Source of the DNA: Chloroflexota bacterium
GTDB lineage: Bacteria > Chloroflexota > UBA11872
Reading direction: 5' to 3'
Length of the DNA stretch: 64,000 nucleotides
Assembly (NCBI GenBank): GCA_022821645.1
Contig: JAJEDE010000022.1
Location: forward strand, 74,794 to 138,793
This document shows, one piece after another, positions 8,269 to 17,778 of this stretch (position 1 is its first letter; every line of letters begins with the position of its first letter). The notes beneath the pieces are model-generated. The model was not told the origin of the DNA. It saw only the letters and a list, made by a program, of their open reading frames with translations, and did not search any database. The position numbers and the translations under genes are program-made.

Positions 8269-9495
8269 ATGGACGGACAGGCATGGTTGGCAAAGGCACC
8301 GGCGCGGCTGCTCTGTGCCGTACTGGCCGCAGCCGCAGTTCTTGCCCTGGTCGCAGCCTGCCAGGCGCCCGACGACAACTCCCGGTTTTCGGTTGCCCTC
8401 GCCGCGCCGGAGGCCGTGAGCCCGCTTGGCGCCGGCTCGAACGCGACGGACCGGGTTGCACCCGCTGCCGGAGTTTCAGCGTGGGCGCCGTCCCTTGCGT
8501 CCGTGGCGTCGCGGGAAGCGTCAACGTCATTCGACGCGGACCGTCGGGCGGAGCTGAGCGTTCCGGACCTGGTGCAGCTTGCTCGACCGTCAATCGTGCA
8601 CATCGCCACCGAGTCGGCGGCACGCGACAACAGTGGCCGGACCATGCCCTCCGGCGGCGTTGGCACCGGATTCGTCATTGACGCCGAGGGTCTGATCATC
8701 ACGAACAATCACGTCGTCGCCGGTGCGCAGCAGATCGTCGTCACCACCGACACGGGCGAGCTGTTTGAAGCCAGCGTGGTCGGCCGTGATCCCCAGACCG
8801 ACCTGGCCGTGCTGCGAGTGGATGCGGACGGCCTGCGACCGCTTTCGCTCGGAAGCTCAGGGGGTCTGCGAATCGGCGAGTGGGTGGTCGCCATTGGCCA
8901 TGCGCTGGACTTGCCCGGCGGACCCACGGTTACGGTGGGCGTGGTGAGCGCGCTTGACCGAACGATCACGAATGTCGGTCCCCAGCGGTTGACGCTCAGC
9001 GACCTGATCCAGACCGATGCGTCGATAAATCCCGGCAATAGCGGCGGCCCATTGCTGAATCTCCGTGGCGAGGTGATTGGCGTGAACTCCGCTGGCGCGG
9101 GATCGGCCAATGGCATCGGATTCGCGATTGCGATCGACGGCGCTCGGCCGGTCGTCGCCGAGCTTATCGAGAGCGGACAGGTGGTGCGGGGCTTCCTGGG
9201 CATTGTTCCGGCGACGATTACCCGGGGTCTCGCGCGACAGCTTGAACTCCCCGTCAGCGAAGGAATCGTGGTTGCGCAAGTCACCGGCGGCAGTCCGGCC
9301 GACGAGGCCGGGCTTCGCCGCAGCGACATTTTGCTTGCCATCAACGAGGAAGCCGTGCCCGACGCGGGCGCGCTTGGCCGAGTTCTGGCACATTACAGCC
9401 CGGGCGATGAGATCGCGGTTCGGTTTGTCCGGCCGGATAGCGACGATCAGCCGCAGGAAACCCTGGTTAGATTGGGGCGCCGTCCCGATCAATAG
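8269..9495 (+). CDS. HtrA/DegP-like S1C serine protease with one PDZ domain; probable lipoprotein
   Basis: The catalytic triad contexts are TNNHVV, DLAVLRV and GNSGGPLLN. The C-terminal PDZ-like region is GIVVAQVTGGSPADEAGLRRSDILLAIN. The N-terminus has a hydrophobic segment ending LVAAC (lipobox-like). Confidence 0.9.
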   Translation: MDGQAWLAKAPARLLCAVLAAAAVLALVAACQAPDDNSRFSVALAAPEAVSPLGAGSNATDRVAPAAGVSAWAPSLASVASREASTSFDADRRAELSVPDLVQLARPSIVHIATESAARDNSGRTMPSGGVGTGFVIDAEGLIITNNHVVAGAQQIVVTTDTGELFEASVVGRDPQTDLAVLRVDADGLRPLSLGSSGGLRIGEWVVAIGHALDLPGGPTVTVGVVSALDRTITNVGPQRLTLSDLIQTDASINPGNSGGPLLNLRGEVIGVNSAGAGSANGIGFAIAIDGARPVVAELIESGQVVRGFLGIVPATITRGLARQLELPVSEGIVVAQVTGGSPADEAGLRRSDILLAINEEAVPDAGALGRVLAHYSPGDEIAVRFVRPDSDDQPQETLVRLGRRPDQ

Positions 9496-9513
9496 GTAGA
9501 ACGGAGCCTCGGA

Positions 9514-10479
9514 GTGGCGATTGACCCGGCCCCATTTGCCGACCTCTGGCAAACCCTTCGCACCAACGTCGGCAAGGTCATCCTGGGGAAGGACGCCGAG
9601 ATCGAGCGCATCCTGGTGGCGCTGCTGTGCCGCGGGCACGTGCTGCTGGACGATGTTCCCGGTACGGGGAAGACGATGCTGGCGAGGGCCATCGCGACTT
9701 CGCTGGGTGGCGAGTTCCGTCGCATCCAGTTCACGCCCGACCTGCTGCCGAACGATGTGACCGGGGTTTCGGTCTATAACCAGAAGTCGGGCGAGTTCGA
9801 GTTTCGGGCCGGGCCGGTGTTCGCAAACGTGCTGCTGGCCGACGAGATCAACCGCGCGACGCCGCGGACGCAGTCGGCCCTGCTGGAGGCCATGAGCGAA
9901 ACGCAGGTCAGCGCCGACGGCGTCTCGCGGCCGTTACCCACGCCTTTCATCGTGCTGGCCACGCAGAACCCAGTCGAGTTCGAAGGGACGTTTCCGCTGC
10001 CCGAGGCGCAACTGGACCGATTCATGATGCGGCTGTCACTCGGTTATCCGACGTTCGACGACGAGCGAAACGTCCTGGACGGGCAGCGGCACGGACATCC
10101 GATCGACGACCTGAAACAGGTTTCCGAGCTGCAGACGCTGGCCGACTTACAGCGCGACGTCGGCGACGTGCACGTTGACGACACGGTGATTGAGTTCTTG
10201 CTGCGATTGGTGCGGGCCACTCGCGAGCGGCCGGAAGTGGCCCTGGGCGCCAGCCCGCGGGGGTCGCTGGCCCTGCATCGGGCGGCGCAGGCCCTGGCCG
10301 CAATTCGCGGTCGGAGTTTCGTACTGCCCGACGACGTGAAGGAGTTGGCGCCTTCGATCCTGGCGCACCGGGTGCTGGTATCGGCCGAACACTCGCTCCG
10401 CGGAGTTTCTTCCGATGCCCTGGTGCGCTCGCTGATGGAGTCAACCGAGCTACGGCTGGTTGACGAGGAGGACAGCTAA
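9514..10479 (+). CDS. MoxR-family AAA+ ATPase (copy 2)
   Basis: [35 protein letters not shown] and [23 protein letters not shown] are present. It is roughly two-thirds identical to copy 1 by eye over the core. GTG start. Confidence 0.9.
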   Translation: MAIDPAPFADLWQTLRTNVGKVILGKDAEIERILVALLCRGHVLLDDVPGTGKTMLARAIATSLGGEFRRIQFTPDLLPNDVTGVSVYNQKSGEFEFRAGPVFANVLLADEINRATPRTQSALLEAMSETQVSADGVSRPLPTPFIVLATQNPVEFEGTFPLPEAQLDRFMMRLSLGYPTFDDERNVLDGQRHGHPIDDLKQVSELQTLADLQRDVGDVHVDDTVIEFLLRLVRATRERPEVALGASPRGSLALHRAAQALAAIRGRSFVLPDDVKELAPSILAHRVLVSAEHSLRGVSSDALVRSLMESTELRLVDEEDS

Positions 10480-10627
10480 CGGTCTGCGGAAGCGAGATCA
10501 GCTTGACCGGGTTGGAGGCGCGGTGGTTGAAGGGGCAGGTTCGCTCGTGCCGGCTGCGGCAATCGAAGCCGCGAGCCGCCCGCCGCGCCGTGGACGACAA
10601 GCCGACCTGGCGGCAATCGGATAGCGC

Positions 10628-11869
10628 ATGCCTAGCCTGATCATCCTGACGGTGGTGATGCTGGGGGCAGCGTTCTTTACGCGCTTTGCGTTTCTATTCC
10701 TGGCGTCGTATCTGCTGATTGCCGTATTGGTGCTGACCCACCTCTGGGTGTGGCGAATGCGGCGGGGCTTACGGGTGCGTCGGGAGTTCGCGCAGCGCGT
10801 GTTCCAGGACGAGACCGTGGCGGTAACGATTCACATTGAGAACCAGTCGCTGCTGCCCGTCCCGTGGTTGAGTGTGCGCGAGGCGCTGCCGACCCGAATC
10901 GCCACGTACGACGCCATCCGCCAGGTGGTGCGACTACGGCCCAAAGGGTCCACGACCATCGAGTACTCGTTGCCCGCGACGCGTCGCGGCTATCACCGGC
11001 TGGGGCCATTGCAGGTTCGATTTGGCGATGTGTTCGGGATTGCCAGTCAGGACCTGCTCATCGATACGGCCGAGTTCGTGATCGTGTATCCGCAGGTGAT
11101 TCCGATCGAGGCGTTCCAGATCGAGTCGAACACGCCGTTCGGAGACATGCGATCACATCAGCGGATCTATCACGATCCGATCCGGGTGGTGGGATCGCGC
11201 GACTATGAACCCGGGGACTCGCAGCGACTGATCAACTGGAAGGCAACGGCAGCCGTCGGGCACCTGATGGTGCGGAACCTGGAGCCGGCCGTGAGTCACG
11301 AAGTTCAGATCCTGGTTGACCTGGACCACGCCAGCTACAGCCGCATGTGGCGGGGACCGGCCTCGGAAATGGCGGTGACGGCAGCCGCGTCGCTGACGAC
11401 GTTCATGCTGGAGAACCGGCAGAGCGTCGGAATCATGGTGAACGGACTCGATCCCGTCTACCTGGGCGGCGTGCGCGGCCGGTCGCACGAGGAGATGCGC
11501 GATCGGATGGCCGGTCGCGTTCCGCACGTGCCGATTGGGCGGGGCCGCGGACACCTGATGTCGTGCCTGGACCTGTTGGCTCGGGTGGAGTTGCTGGCCG
11601 GGGAAAACGCAGCGCAGGCGGTAACGACGGCCAGTCGCTCGCTGCCCTGGGGGGCGACGCTGATTGTGCTGACGGGTCTGCGGTCGAACGAGCTATTGGC
11701 GAGCCTGATGGCACAGCGCAAACTGGGCCACCGAGTGATCGTCGTGTTCACCGACGGATCAGCGGCCACGCTGGCCGCCGGCGCCGCCCGGTCCGCCGGG
11801 CTCACGGCGTTTGCGATTACGGACAAGGAGCACGTGCGTGTCTGGCGAGACGACCGAGCGGCCGTTTAG
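10628..11869 (+). CDS. DUF58 domain protein (vWA-like fold), N-terminal membrane anchor
   Basis: The DUF58 hallmark VGSRDYEPGDSQRLINWKATAAVGHLMVRNLE is present, along with two N-terminal hydrophobic helices. This is the canonical partner found downstream of MoxR. Confidence 0.85.
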   Translation: MPSLIILTVVMLGAAFFTRFAFLFLASYLLIAVLVLTHLWVWRMRRGLRVRREFAQRVFQDETVAVTIHIENQSLLPVPWLSVREALPTRIATYDAIRQVVRLRPKGSTTIEYSLPATRRGYHRLGPLQVRFGDVFGIASQDLLIDTAEFVIVYPQVIPIEAFQIESNTPFGDMRSHQRIYHDPIRVVGSRDYEPGDSQRLINWKATAAVGHLMVRNLEPAVSHEVQILVDLDHASYSRMWRGPASEMAVTAAASLTTFMLENRQSVGIMVNGLDPVYLGGVRGRSHEEMRDRMAGRVPHVPIGRGRGHLMSCLDLLARVELLAGENAAQAVTTASRSLPWGATLIVLTGLRSNELLASLMAQRKLGHRVIVVFTDGSAATLAAGAARSAGLTAFAITDKEHVRVWRDDRAAV

Positions 11870-13421
11870 CCGGACGATCCTGGGCGCCATCGCGACCGTT
11901 TGCTTTGGGCTGTTTGGCGCCGGCCTGACGCTGTGGATGCAAACGATCACGGTTGGTGCGGACCGGGCCTACGTCTTCCTGGTGATCATGACCACGGTGT
12001 TTGTGGTGTCGATGGTGGTGGCGGCCTACGGAGGGCGGCACGCCGCGGGGAGCTATAGCTGGAAGCACTGGGCGGCGCTGGTCATTCCCATCTTGCTGCT
12101 GGTGCGGATTACGGCCTTCTTCGGACAGCAACCCGATGAACGCGACGGAATCCTGGGGACCGTGGGCGGGTTGCTGGACCTCACGGCGCTGATGCTGGTG
12201 GTGATCCTGGCGCTGACCTGGATGGCCGGAATGCGGGTGCTGCGGAGTATTGAACTGCTGCACCCGCAGCGATCAGAGATTCCCCCGTCCAGGCAGTCGC
12301 CGCAGTACTACGAATGGCTGAACGATCGCGGGCGCTTTGTGGACCGCTCAGCCGCGATTACCGAACTGACGCAACTGGCGGCGACGGCGGGGGGGATCCT
12401 GGTTGGGCTCACGGCGTTCAACGTGATTATCGGGACCGAGACACGGCAGGCGGGCGTGGTGCAGACGGCGCTGATCATCATGGTTCTCTATTACGTGAGC
12501 GTGCTGCTGTTGCTGAGCTACGCGAACCTGGTGCGCCGGACCTCGCAGTGGTCGCTGGAACTGGCGGCGCAGGCGCCCGGGCTGACGGGAACCTGGATTC
12601 GCTCGGCCATCTTCCTGTTGGCCGCGGCGCTGGTGGTGGCGCTGCTGATTCCGGCGGCGGACACGGATGTGTTTGTCGGGGTCGGCTTGTGGATCCTGGA
12701 CGGCATGCTCTGGGTCGCGCGCATCGTGCTGGCCATCGGTCTGCTCCTGCTGAGCCTGATCGCGCGACTGCTCGAGTTGCTGCGGCCGGAGGGCGGTGGG
12801 TTTACGGAACCTCTGCCGCCCGAGGAGTTGCTGCAGGCGGAGGGCGAGGGCATCGACTTTGGCTTGTTCCTGGCGGCGCTGATCGTGCTGCTGGTGGGCA
12901 GCTTCTCGCTGTACTGGCTGTTTCGGGCCGTGCAACGAAACTACCAGCGGGTATCGGCGCAGCGGGCCAGCCGATCGCTGCTCAGTCACATTTTGTTGGT
13001 GCTCAAGGCACTGCTGGCATCAATCCTGGGCCTGTTCGGGTGGACGCGCACGGTGGCGCAGGCGGTGGGCGCGTCGGTACGCGCGCTGGCCGGGCGGCGC
13101 AGGGCGATGCGGTCGGGTCTGGCGTCGATACGGCGCAGGGGCGAAGGGACGTTACGGCAGCAACTGCACGAAATCTACGCCGAGACGGTGGATGAGGCCG
13201 CGGCGCGGGGCGTCTTTCGCAGTCCATCGGCGACGCCGAGCGAGTACCGGGAGCGGCTGGCCGCGCGCTGTACCGGGGCGACCTCGGCGGTGGACGGTCT
13301 GACGGAGATGTACATGGCCGCCCGCTACGCGCCGGAGCTTGGACCGGACCACGGCGTGGAACAGGCGCGCCGCTTGCAGGCGGAGGTGGGCCGGGCCCTG
13401 CAGGCCCCGCCGGATGACTGA
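11838..13421 (+). CDS. polytopic membrane protein with C-terminal DUF4129-like domain
   Basis: There are many hydrophobic helices. The C-terminus TPSEYRERLAA...LTEMYMAARYAP resembles DUF4129, which is found in MoxR/DUF58/transglutaminase operons. The start is uncertain (11811 in the track; GTG 11838 chosen). The stop overlaps the rarA start. Confidence 0.65.
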   Translation: MSGETTERPFSRTILGAIATVCFGLFGAGLTLWMQTITVGADRAYVFLVIMTTVFVVSMVVAAYGGRHAAGSYSWKHWAALVIPILLLVRITAFFGQQPDERDGILGTVGGLLDLTALMLVVILALTWMAGMRVLRSIELLHPQRSEIPPSRQSPQYYEWLNDRGRFVDRSAAITELTQLAATAGGILVGLTAFNVIIGTETRQAGVVQTALIIMVLYYVSVLLLLSYANLVRRTSQWSLELAAQAPGLTGTWIRSAIFLLAAALVVALLIPAADTDVFVGVGLWILDGMLWVARIVLAIGLLLLSLIARLLELLRPEGGGFTEPLPPEELLQAEGEGIDFGLFLAALIVLLVGSFSLYWLFRAVQRNYQRVSAQRASRSLLSHILLVLKALLASILGLFGWTRTVAQAVGASVRALAGRRRAMRSGLASIRRRGEGTLRQQLHEIYAETVDEAAARGVFRSPSATPSEYRERLAARCTGATSAVDGLTEMYMAARYAPELGPDHGVEQARRLQAEVGRALQAPPDD

Positions 13422-14757
13422 GGACCTTTTCGCGCACGCCGGCGCCAGGGACCAAGCGGCGGCGATGCCCCTGGCGGCGCGGATGCGTCCGCGGTCGCTG
13501 GATGCCTTCAGCGGACACGCGGACCTAGTGGGACCCGGCGCGCCGCTGCGGATGGCTCTGGAACGCGACGAGATGTGGTCGGTGGTGTTGTGGGGATCGC
13601 CGGGCACGGGCAAGACAAGCCTGGCGCGAATTGCGGCGGCGATGACCGAGCGGCGGTTCGTGGAGCTGAGCGCGGTGTCGGCGACGGTGCGGGACGTGCG
13701 CGGGGTGATCGCGCAGGCTGCGAGCGAGCGGGACATGTACCGCAAGCGAACGCTGGTGTTCCTGGACGAGATTCACCGGTTCAACAAGGCGCAGCAGGAC
13801 GTGCTGCTGCCGGCGGTGGAGGACGGAGTGATCGCGCTGTGGGGCGCGACGACGGAGAACCCGTATTTCGAACTGAACGCGCCGCTGCTGTCGCGGATGC
13901 GGGTGCTGCGGTTGCAGCCGCTGGAGGCCGAGGACTTGCGGGCGATCGTGGAGCGGGCGCTGGACTCGGCGGATGGGTTGGGAGCGGACGCACCGGGATT
14001 TGCGGCGGAGGCCGTTGAGCAGGCGGTGGCGGCCTCGGGCGGGGATGCGCGGGTGGCGCTGAACTGGATCGAGTCGGCGGCGGCGTTTGCGCGGGAGCGA
14101 GGCCTGGACCGCGTGACCGCCGATGTCGCCACGGAGGCGGCGCTGACACGGCAGGTGCGGTACGACCGGGCGGCGGACGAGCACTACGACACGATCTCGG
14201 CGTATATCAAGAGCGTGCGCGGTTCCGACCCGGACGCGGCGCTGTTCTGGCTGGCGAAGATGCTGGAAGGGGGCGAGGCGCCGGAGTTCATTGCGCGGCG
14301 GATCGTGATCCTGGCCTCGGAGGACATCGGGAATGCGGACCCGCAGGCGCTGCCGCTGGCGACTGCCGCGGCCAGCGCGGTGGAACGGCTGGGGCTGCCG
14401 GAAGCGCGCTATGCGCTGGCGCAGGCGACGATCTACCTGGCGGCTGCGCCGAAGAGCAACGCGGCGGGGAGGGCGCTGGGCGCGGCGGAACAGGCGATTC
14501 GTCGGGGCGCAAACCTGGAGGTGCCGCTGCACCTGCGAGGGGCGGCGCATCCGGGGCTGGCGGAGGCGCATGGGCAGAGCGTGGGTTACCAGTACCCGCA
14601 TGACTACCCGGGGAACTGGGTGGCGCAGGCGTACATGCCGGGGAAGCAGAGGTTTTACGACGGGCGGGGTGGCGGGCAGGAAGGGGAGCTGTGGCGGCGA
14701 AGCCAAAAGCGCCGCGACCGACCACCTACAGCCGGTAGTGACCCGGATCGGCCCTAG
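13417..14757 (+). CDS. rarA: replication-associated recombination protein A (AAA+)
   Basis: PLAARMRPRSLDAFSGH...LWGSPGTGKTSLARIAA...FLDEIHRFNKAQQD...DEHYD.ISA.IKS.RGSDPDAAL.WLA.ML..GE are all present. I chose the start at ATG 13417 (MTEDLF), an ATGA overlap with the upstream stop. Confidence 0.9.
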   Translation, partial: TEDLFAHAGARDQAAAMPLAARMRPRSLDAFSGHADLVGPGAPLRMALERDEMWSVVLWGSPGTGKTSLARIAAAMTERRFVELSAVSATVRDVRGVIAQAASERDMYRKRTLVFLDEIHRFNKAQQDVLLPAVEDGVIALWGATTENPYFELNAPLLSRMRVLRLQPLEAEDLRAIVERALDSADGLGADAPGFAAEAVEQAVAASGGDARVALNWIESAAAFARERGLDRVTADVATEAALTRQVRYDRAADEHYDTISAYIKSVRGSDPDAALFWLAKMLEGGEAPEFIARRIVILASEDIGNADPQALPLATAAASAVERLGLPEARYALAQATIYLAAAPKSNAAGRALGAAEQAIRRGANLEVPLHLRGAAHPGLAEAHGQSVGYQYPHDYPGNWVAQAYMPGKQRFYDGRGGGQEGELWRRSQKRRDRPPTAGSDPDRP

Positions 14758-14922
14758 CGCCCGCGCCTCAGAGTTCGAACGCTCAGTTCGAGGTTGCGGG
14801 CGACCTTGCCACGGGCGGCAGGGGACCGGCCGCAGAGGTTGACACCGTGCGGTGATCGGGTTGGGCGCCCGAGACCTCAACGTGTGCGGGACAATCCGTC
14901 GACACGATCCGGGAACACGACC

Positions 14923-15297
14923 ATGTGGCTCGAAGCAGTTACAGCGAAGCTCGATCAGGGTATTGCGGAGCTTCGCGCGGGAACCTTAGAAGAGTCCACG
15001 CTCGCCGCCATTCGGGACGAACTGAGCGCCGCTGGCAACGCCCGGCAGGACCTGCTGTACCTGCAAGCGGCCGGCACGGCGTTGGACACACAGGTGATCG
15101 GCATGCGCATGGTCACCGATGGCGAGCTCTCGGACGGCGCGGACGACCCCGACGACTGGCCCTACCAAACCGTTCTGGACGCCATCCGGGACGGCTGGCG
15201 CATCATTGAGTTTCCCAACCTGGCGCTGTTGCTCGACGAGTCGCGCACGTACGCCTACGGGGCCGAGTTTGTACTCGAGAAGATTCGGAGCGCCTGA
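14923..15297 (+). CDS. hypothetical protein (124 aa)
   Basis: I chose the internal ATG 14923 (MWLEAVTAKLDQG...), because the upstream part of the track ORF is R/P-rich and looks non-coding. The stop overlaps the next gene start (TGATG). Confidence 0.45.
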   Translation: MWLEAVTAKLDQGIAELRAGTLEESTLAAIRDELSAAGNARQDLLYLQAAGTALDTQVIGMRMVTDGELSDGADDPDDWPYQTVLDAIRDGWRIIEFPNLALLLDESRTYAYGAEFVLEKIRSA

Positions 15298-16133
15298 TGG
15301 ATACCTCTCATATTGAGCCGACGCTGACGGACACCGAGGTCCTCGACTTCTGCAAGCGCGGCTATCTCCTGCTCGACGGTGTAGTGCCGGAGGAGATCAA
15401 CCGCAAGACCGTTTCCTTCGTCGACAAGAACACGTCCCTCGAGCCGACCGACATCCTGGACGAGAGCTGGTTTGTCGAAAACGTGATCCTCAATCCCGCG
15501 GCCGCCGGCGCCGTACGCTCGCTGCTGGGATCGGGATTCGAGATCCCAATACTGATGAGCAACCACCGCGTGCATATGCCGGCGCCGGCGCAAGGCTGGC
15601 ATCGTGACGGCGGGTCGCGGTACGGGCCCGCGCTGCACTACTTGCAGGTCTTCTACTACCCCGAAGCATGCACGGCTGACATGGGGCCGACGGAAGTGCT
15701 CCCCGGTTCGCACTTCCTGTTTCAGCACTCCAGCCTGATGGGGCATTACGGGAACCTGCGACACGGCGTCAAGACCGTCGCGTCCGCCGGCTCGATCTTT
15801 CTGACCGTCTATTCCATCTGGCACCGTCGTTCCGTGTCGACGGCGCGGGGGACTCGCAACCTCCTGAAGTACAACTACTGGCGCACCGCGCCGCCGACCC
15901 GCGACTGGGTGATTGAGCCGGACTTCGACTTTGCCCTGGCCGACTATGCGTTCAACCTGCGCGGGTTGCGGCAGCAGTTCCGGGACGCCGTGGATGCATC
16001 CGAGATGTTCTTCTGGCTGAGCGGCAAGTCCCGCGAGTACCAGACTATGGGCGGTCAGGGCTGGCCCATGCCCGGCCACCGCAATGCATCGCCCCGAGGC
16101 TTCCCAGGGGAGCCCACCGCAGCTACCTATTGA
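15297..16133 (+). CDS. phytanoyl-CoA dioxygenase (PhyH) family Fe(II)/2-oxoglutarate oxygenase
   Basis: The N-terminus LTDTEVLDFCKRGYLLLDGVVPEE, the HxD-type motif WHRDG and the later SIWHRR are consistent with the PhyH family. Confidence 0.7.
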   Translation: MDTSHIEPTLTDTEVLDFCKRGYLLLDGVVPEEINRKTVSFVDKNTSLEPTDILDESWFVENVILNPAAAGAVRSLLGSGFEIPILMSNHRVHMPAPAQGWHRDGGSRYGPALHYLQVFYYPEACTADMGPTEVLPGSHFLFQHSSLMGHYGNLRHGVKTVASAGSIFLTVYSIWHRRSVSTARGTRNLLKYNYWRTAPPTRDWVIEPDFDFALADYAFNLRGLRQQFRDAVDASEMFFWLSGKSREYQTMGGQGWPMPGHRNASPRGFPGEPTAATY

Positions 16134-16152
16134 GATGCGCTAGCGGAAGGCC

Positions 16153-16986
16153 TTAGGTGGACGCCGCGGGCAGATAGCCGCGGAGGTAGCGAACGCCGAG
16201 AGGGATTACCTCGATGGGGTCGTCGCGGCCTTCGTAGACCAGGCTGATCCAGCCGTTGTAGCGGACGCCGCGGATGGTCTGGAAGATGGTGTCGTAGTCC
16301 AGCGACTCTTCGCGTCCGGTGGCGATGCGGTAGAGCTTGGCGCGGACGGCGGTGGCCAGGGGCGCGGTGAGGGCGATGCTGTTCAGGTAGTCGTGGCGCT
16401 CACGCTGCTCGTCATCGGCGAAGCCGGAGGCGCCGGGGGAGCCCGCGTACTGGCCGGTGTCGAGCACATGGCCCAGGTTGGGGTGGTCCACCTGGCGGAT
16501 CAGGCGCAGGACGTCTTCGCCGTCGGGGGCAATCTGCTTGTGATTGTGGTTCTGGAGCGAGACGACGACGCCGACCTCGGCGCCAAACTCGGCGCACTCG
16601 CGCAGGGCGTCGGCGCAGCGGTCCCAGGAAGCGGCGCGGTCTTCTTCAGTGGCAGGGCTACCGCTGAACACACGAACCTGCGGCGCGCCGAACAGAGCCG
16701 CACGTTCGATCCAGGTCTTGGTGCGCTGGACGTCGGCGGCTAGTTCCTCGGCGGGACGGGCGAAGTTGTTGGAGATTGCGATGCAGGGAATATCCAACCC
16801 GCGGTCCAGGCACTCGCGCTTGACGGCAAGCAGGGAGGCCCGGTCCACCGCCGGAAAGGCAGAGTCGTGGAGATCGACGCCTTCCACGCTCAGTTCGCGA
16901 CAGGTGTCCAGGAAGCTCATCAGGTCCATCCGGCCATCGTCGAAGGCCTGACGGTAGGACAGGGTGAGGATGCTGAGCCTCAGCAT
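16153..16986 (-). CDS. sugar phosphate isomerase/epimerase (xylose isomerase-like TIM barrel)
   Basis: The LSILTLSY...FLDTCRELSVEGVDLH...NHN...GHVLDTGQ pattern is typical of the AP endonuclease 2/xylose isomerase-like TIM-barrel family. Confidence 0.75.
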   Translation of the reverse strand: MLRLSILTLSYRQAFDDGRMDLMSFLDTCRELSVEGVDLHDSAFPAVDRASLLAVKRECLDRGLDIPCIAISNNFARPAEELAADVQRTKTWIERAALFGAPQVRVFSGSPATEEDRAASWDRCADALRECAEFGAEVGVVVSLQNHNHKQIAPDGEDVLRLIRQVDHPNLGHVLDTGQYAGSPGASGFADDEQRERHDYLNSIALTAPLATAVRAKLYRIATGREESLDYDTIFQTIRGVRYNGWISLVYEGRDDPIEVIPLGVRYLRGYLPAAST

Positions 16987-17116
16987 GGGTGCGCCTCGCC
17001 GTTGGGACGGTAGGGCCTAGCGTAAGGCGGCGGGGCGGGTGGGTCGAACGGTGGATTCATCCGGCTAGGTGGTTGGCTGTCCGCCCCGCAAGCCCAGCGT
17101 GCACTGCGCAAGCCGC

Positions 17117-17488
17117 TCAGAGTGTCTCCTGGACCACAACGCGACCGCCGGCGTACACGTTCATGGACAGCCTGCATCCCAATAGCGAGCGCATTCCAAG
17201 CAGAGGGAAACTGTCCAACCGAATGACGAATACAGGCCTCGGGTTTTCGTGCCACAACACCCTGGCCGTAAAGACGTCAACGTCGTGTACGAATCCGTCG
17301 GCCATAGTTACCGCTCGCTGCCCGCTGTATTTGAGACCAAGCCGATCGATGACATCCGATGGCAAGGTCAAGTGACCGTTGAATCCGGTATCCAAGATGA
17401 ACTCGAAGCTGTGCGCGATGTCGTGATCGTCGAGAATCGGAACATTGATTACGGGCTCCAGGCGTTGGTTTATCCGCCCGCGAATCAT
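17117..17488 (-). CDS. retropepsin-like (clan AA) aspartic protease, small single-domain type
   Basis: FILDTGFNGHLTLP contains the D-T/S-G active-site motif in the usual context. It is 123 aa and shares a 4-nt overlap with the upstream small ORF. Confidence 0.7.
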   Translation of the reverse strand: MIRGRINQRLEPVINVPILDDHDIAHSFEFILDTGFNGHLTLPSDVIDRLGLKYSGQRAVTMADGFVHDVDVFTARVLWHENPRPVFVIRLDSFPLLGMRSLLGCRLSMNVYAGGRVVVQETL

Positions 17489-17778
17489 TCAGTACGAGCC
17501 AGAATCCCGCCCTGTAGGTTGTATGCCGCCGGAAAGCCAACACGCTCCGCCCAGGTGATGGCATCCGGGCGCCGCTCCATCAGCCGCATCGTTGCCGTCA
17601 CGTCGTCGGAATCGACCTCAAAGTCCCCGCTGTGAATGTCGATCACGACAAAATCGCCCTTCGCCGTCCCGCGGGTCAGGTCGCGGATCTTCGTGAGGTA
17701 CAACTCCTTGCCCCGCGATGCCACTCTTTCCCTCCCTGTAGCCAACAGGGGCTCTCCTTTCGCCGAGTGTCCACTCAA
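17485..17778 (-). CDS. small protein partner of the retropepsin-like protease (97 aa or shorter)
   Basis: ORF ...LYLTKIRDLTRGTAKGDFVVIDIHSGDFEVDSDDVTATMRLMERRPDAITWAERVGFPAAY is translationally coupled (ATGA-type overlap at 17485..17488) to the protease gene. Confidence 0.5.
   Translation of the reverse strand: MSGHSAKGEPLLATGRERVASRGKELYLTKIRDLTRGTAKGDFVVIDIHSGDFEVDSDDVTATMRLMERRPDAITWAERVGFPAAYNLQGGILARTE

Noticed and set aside
13525-14880. 451-aa minus-strand ORF
   Set aside because: It is extremely R/P/Q/H-rich and lies fully antisense to the clearly recognisable rarA gene, so it is a shadow ORF.
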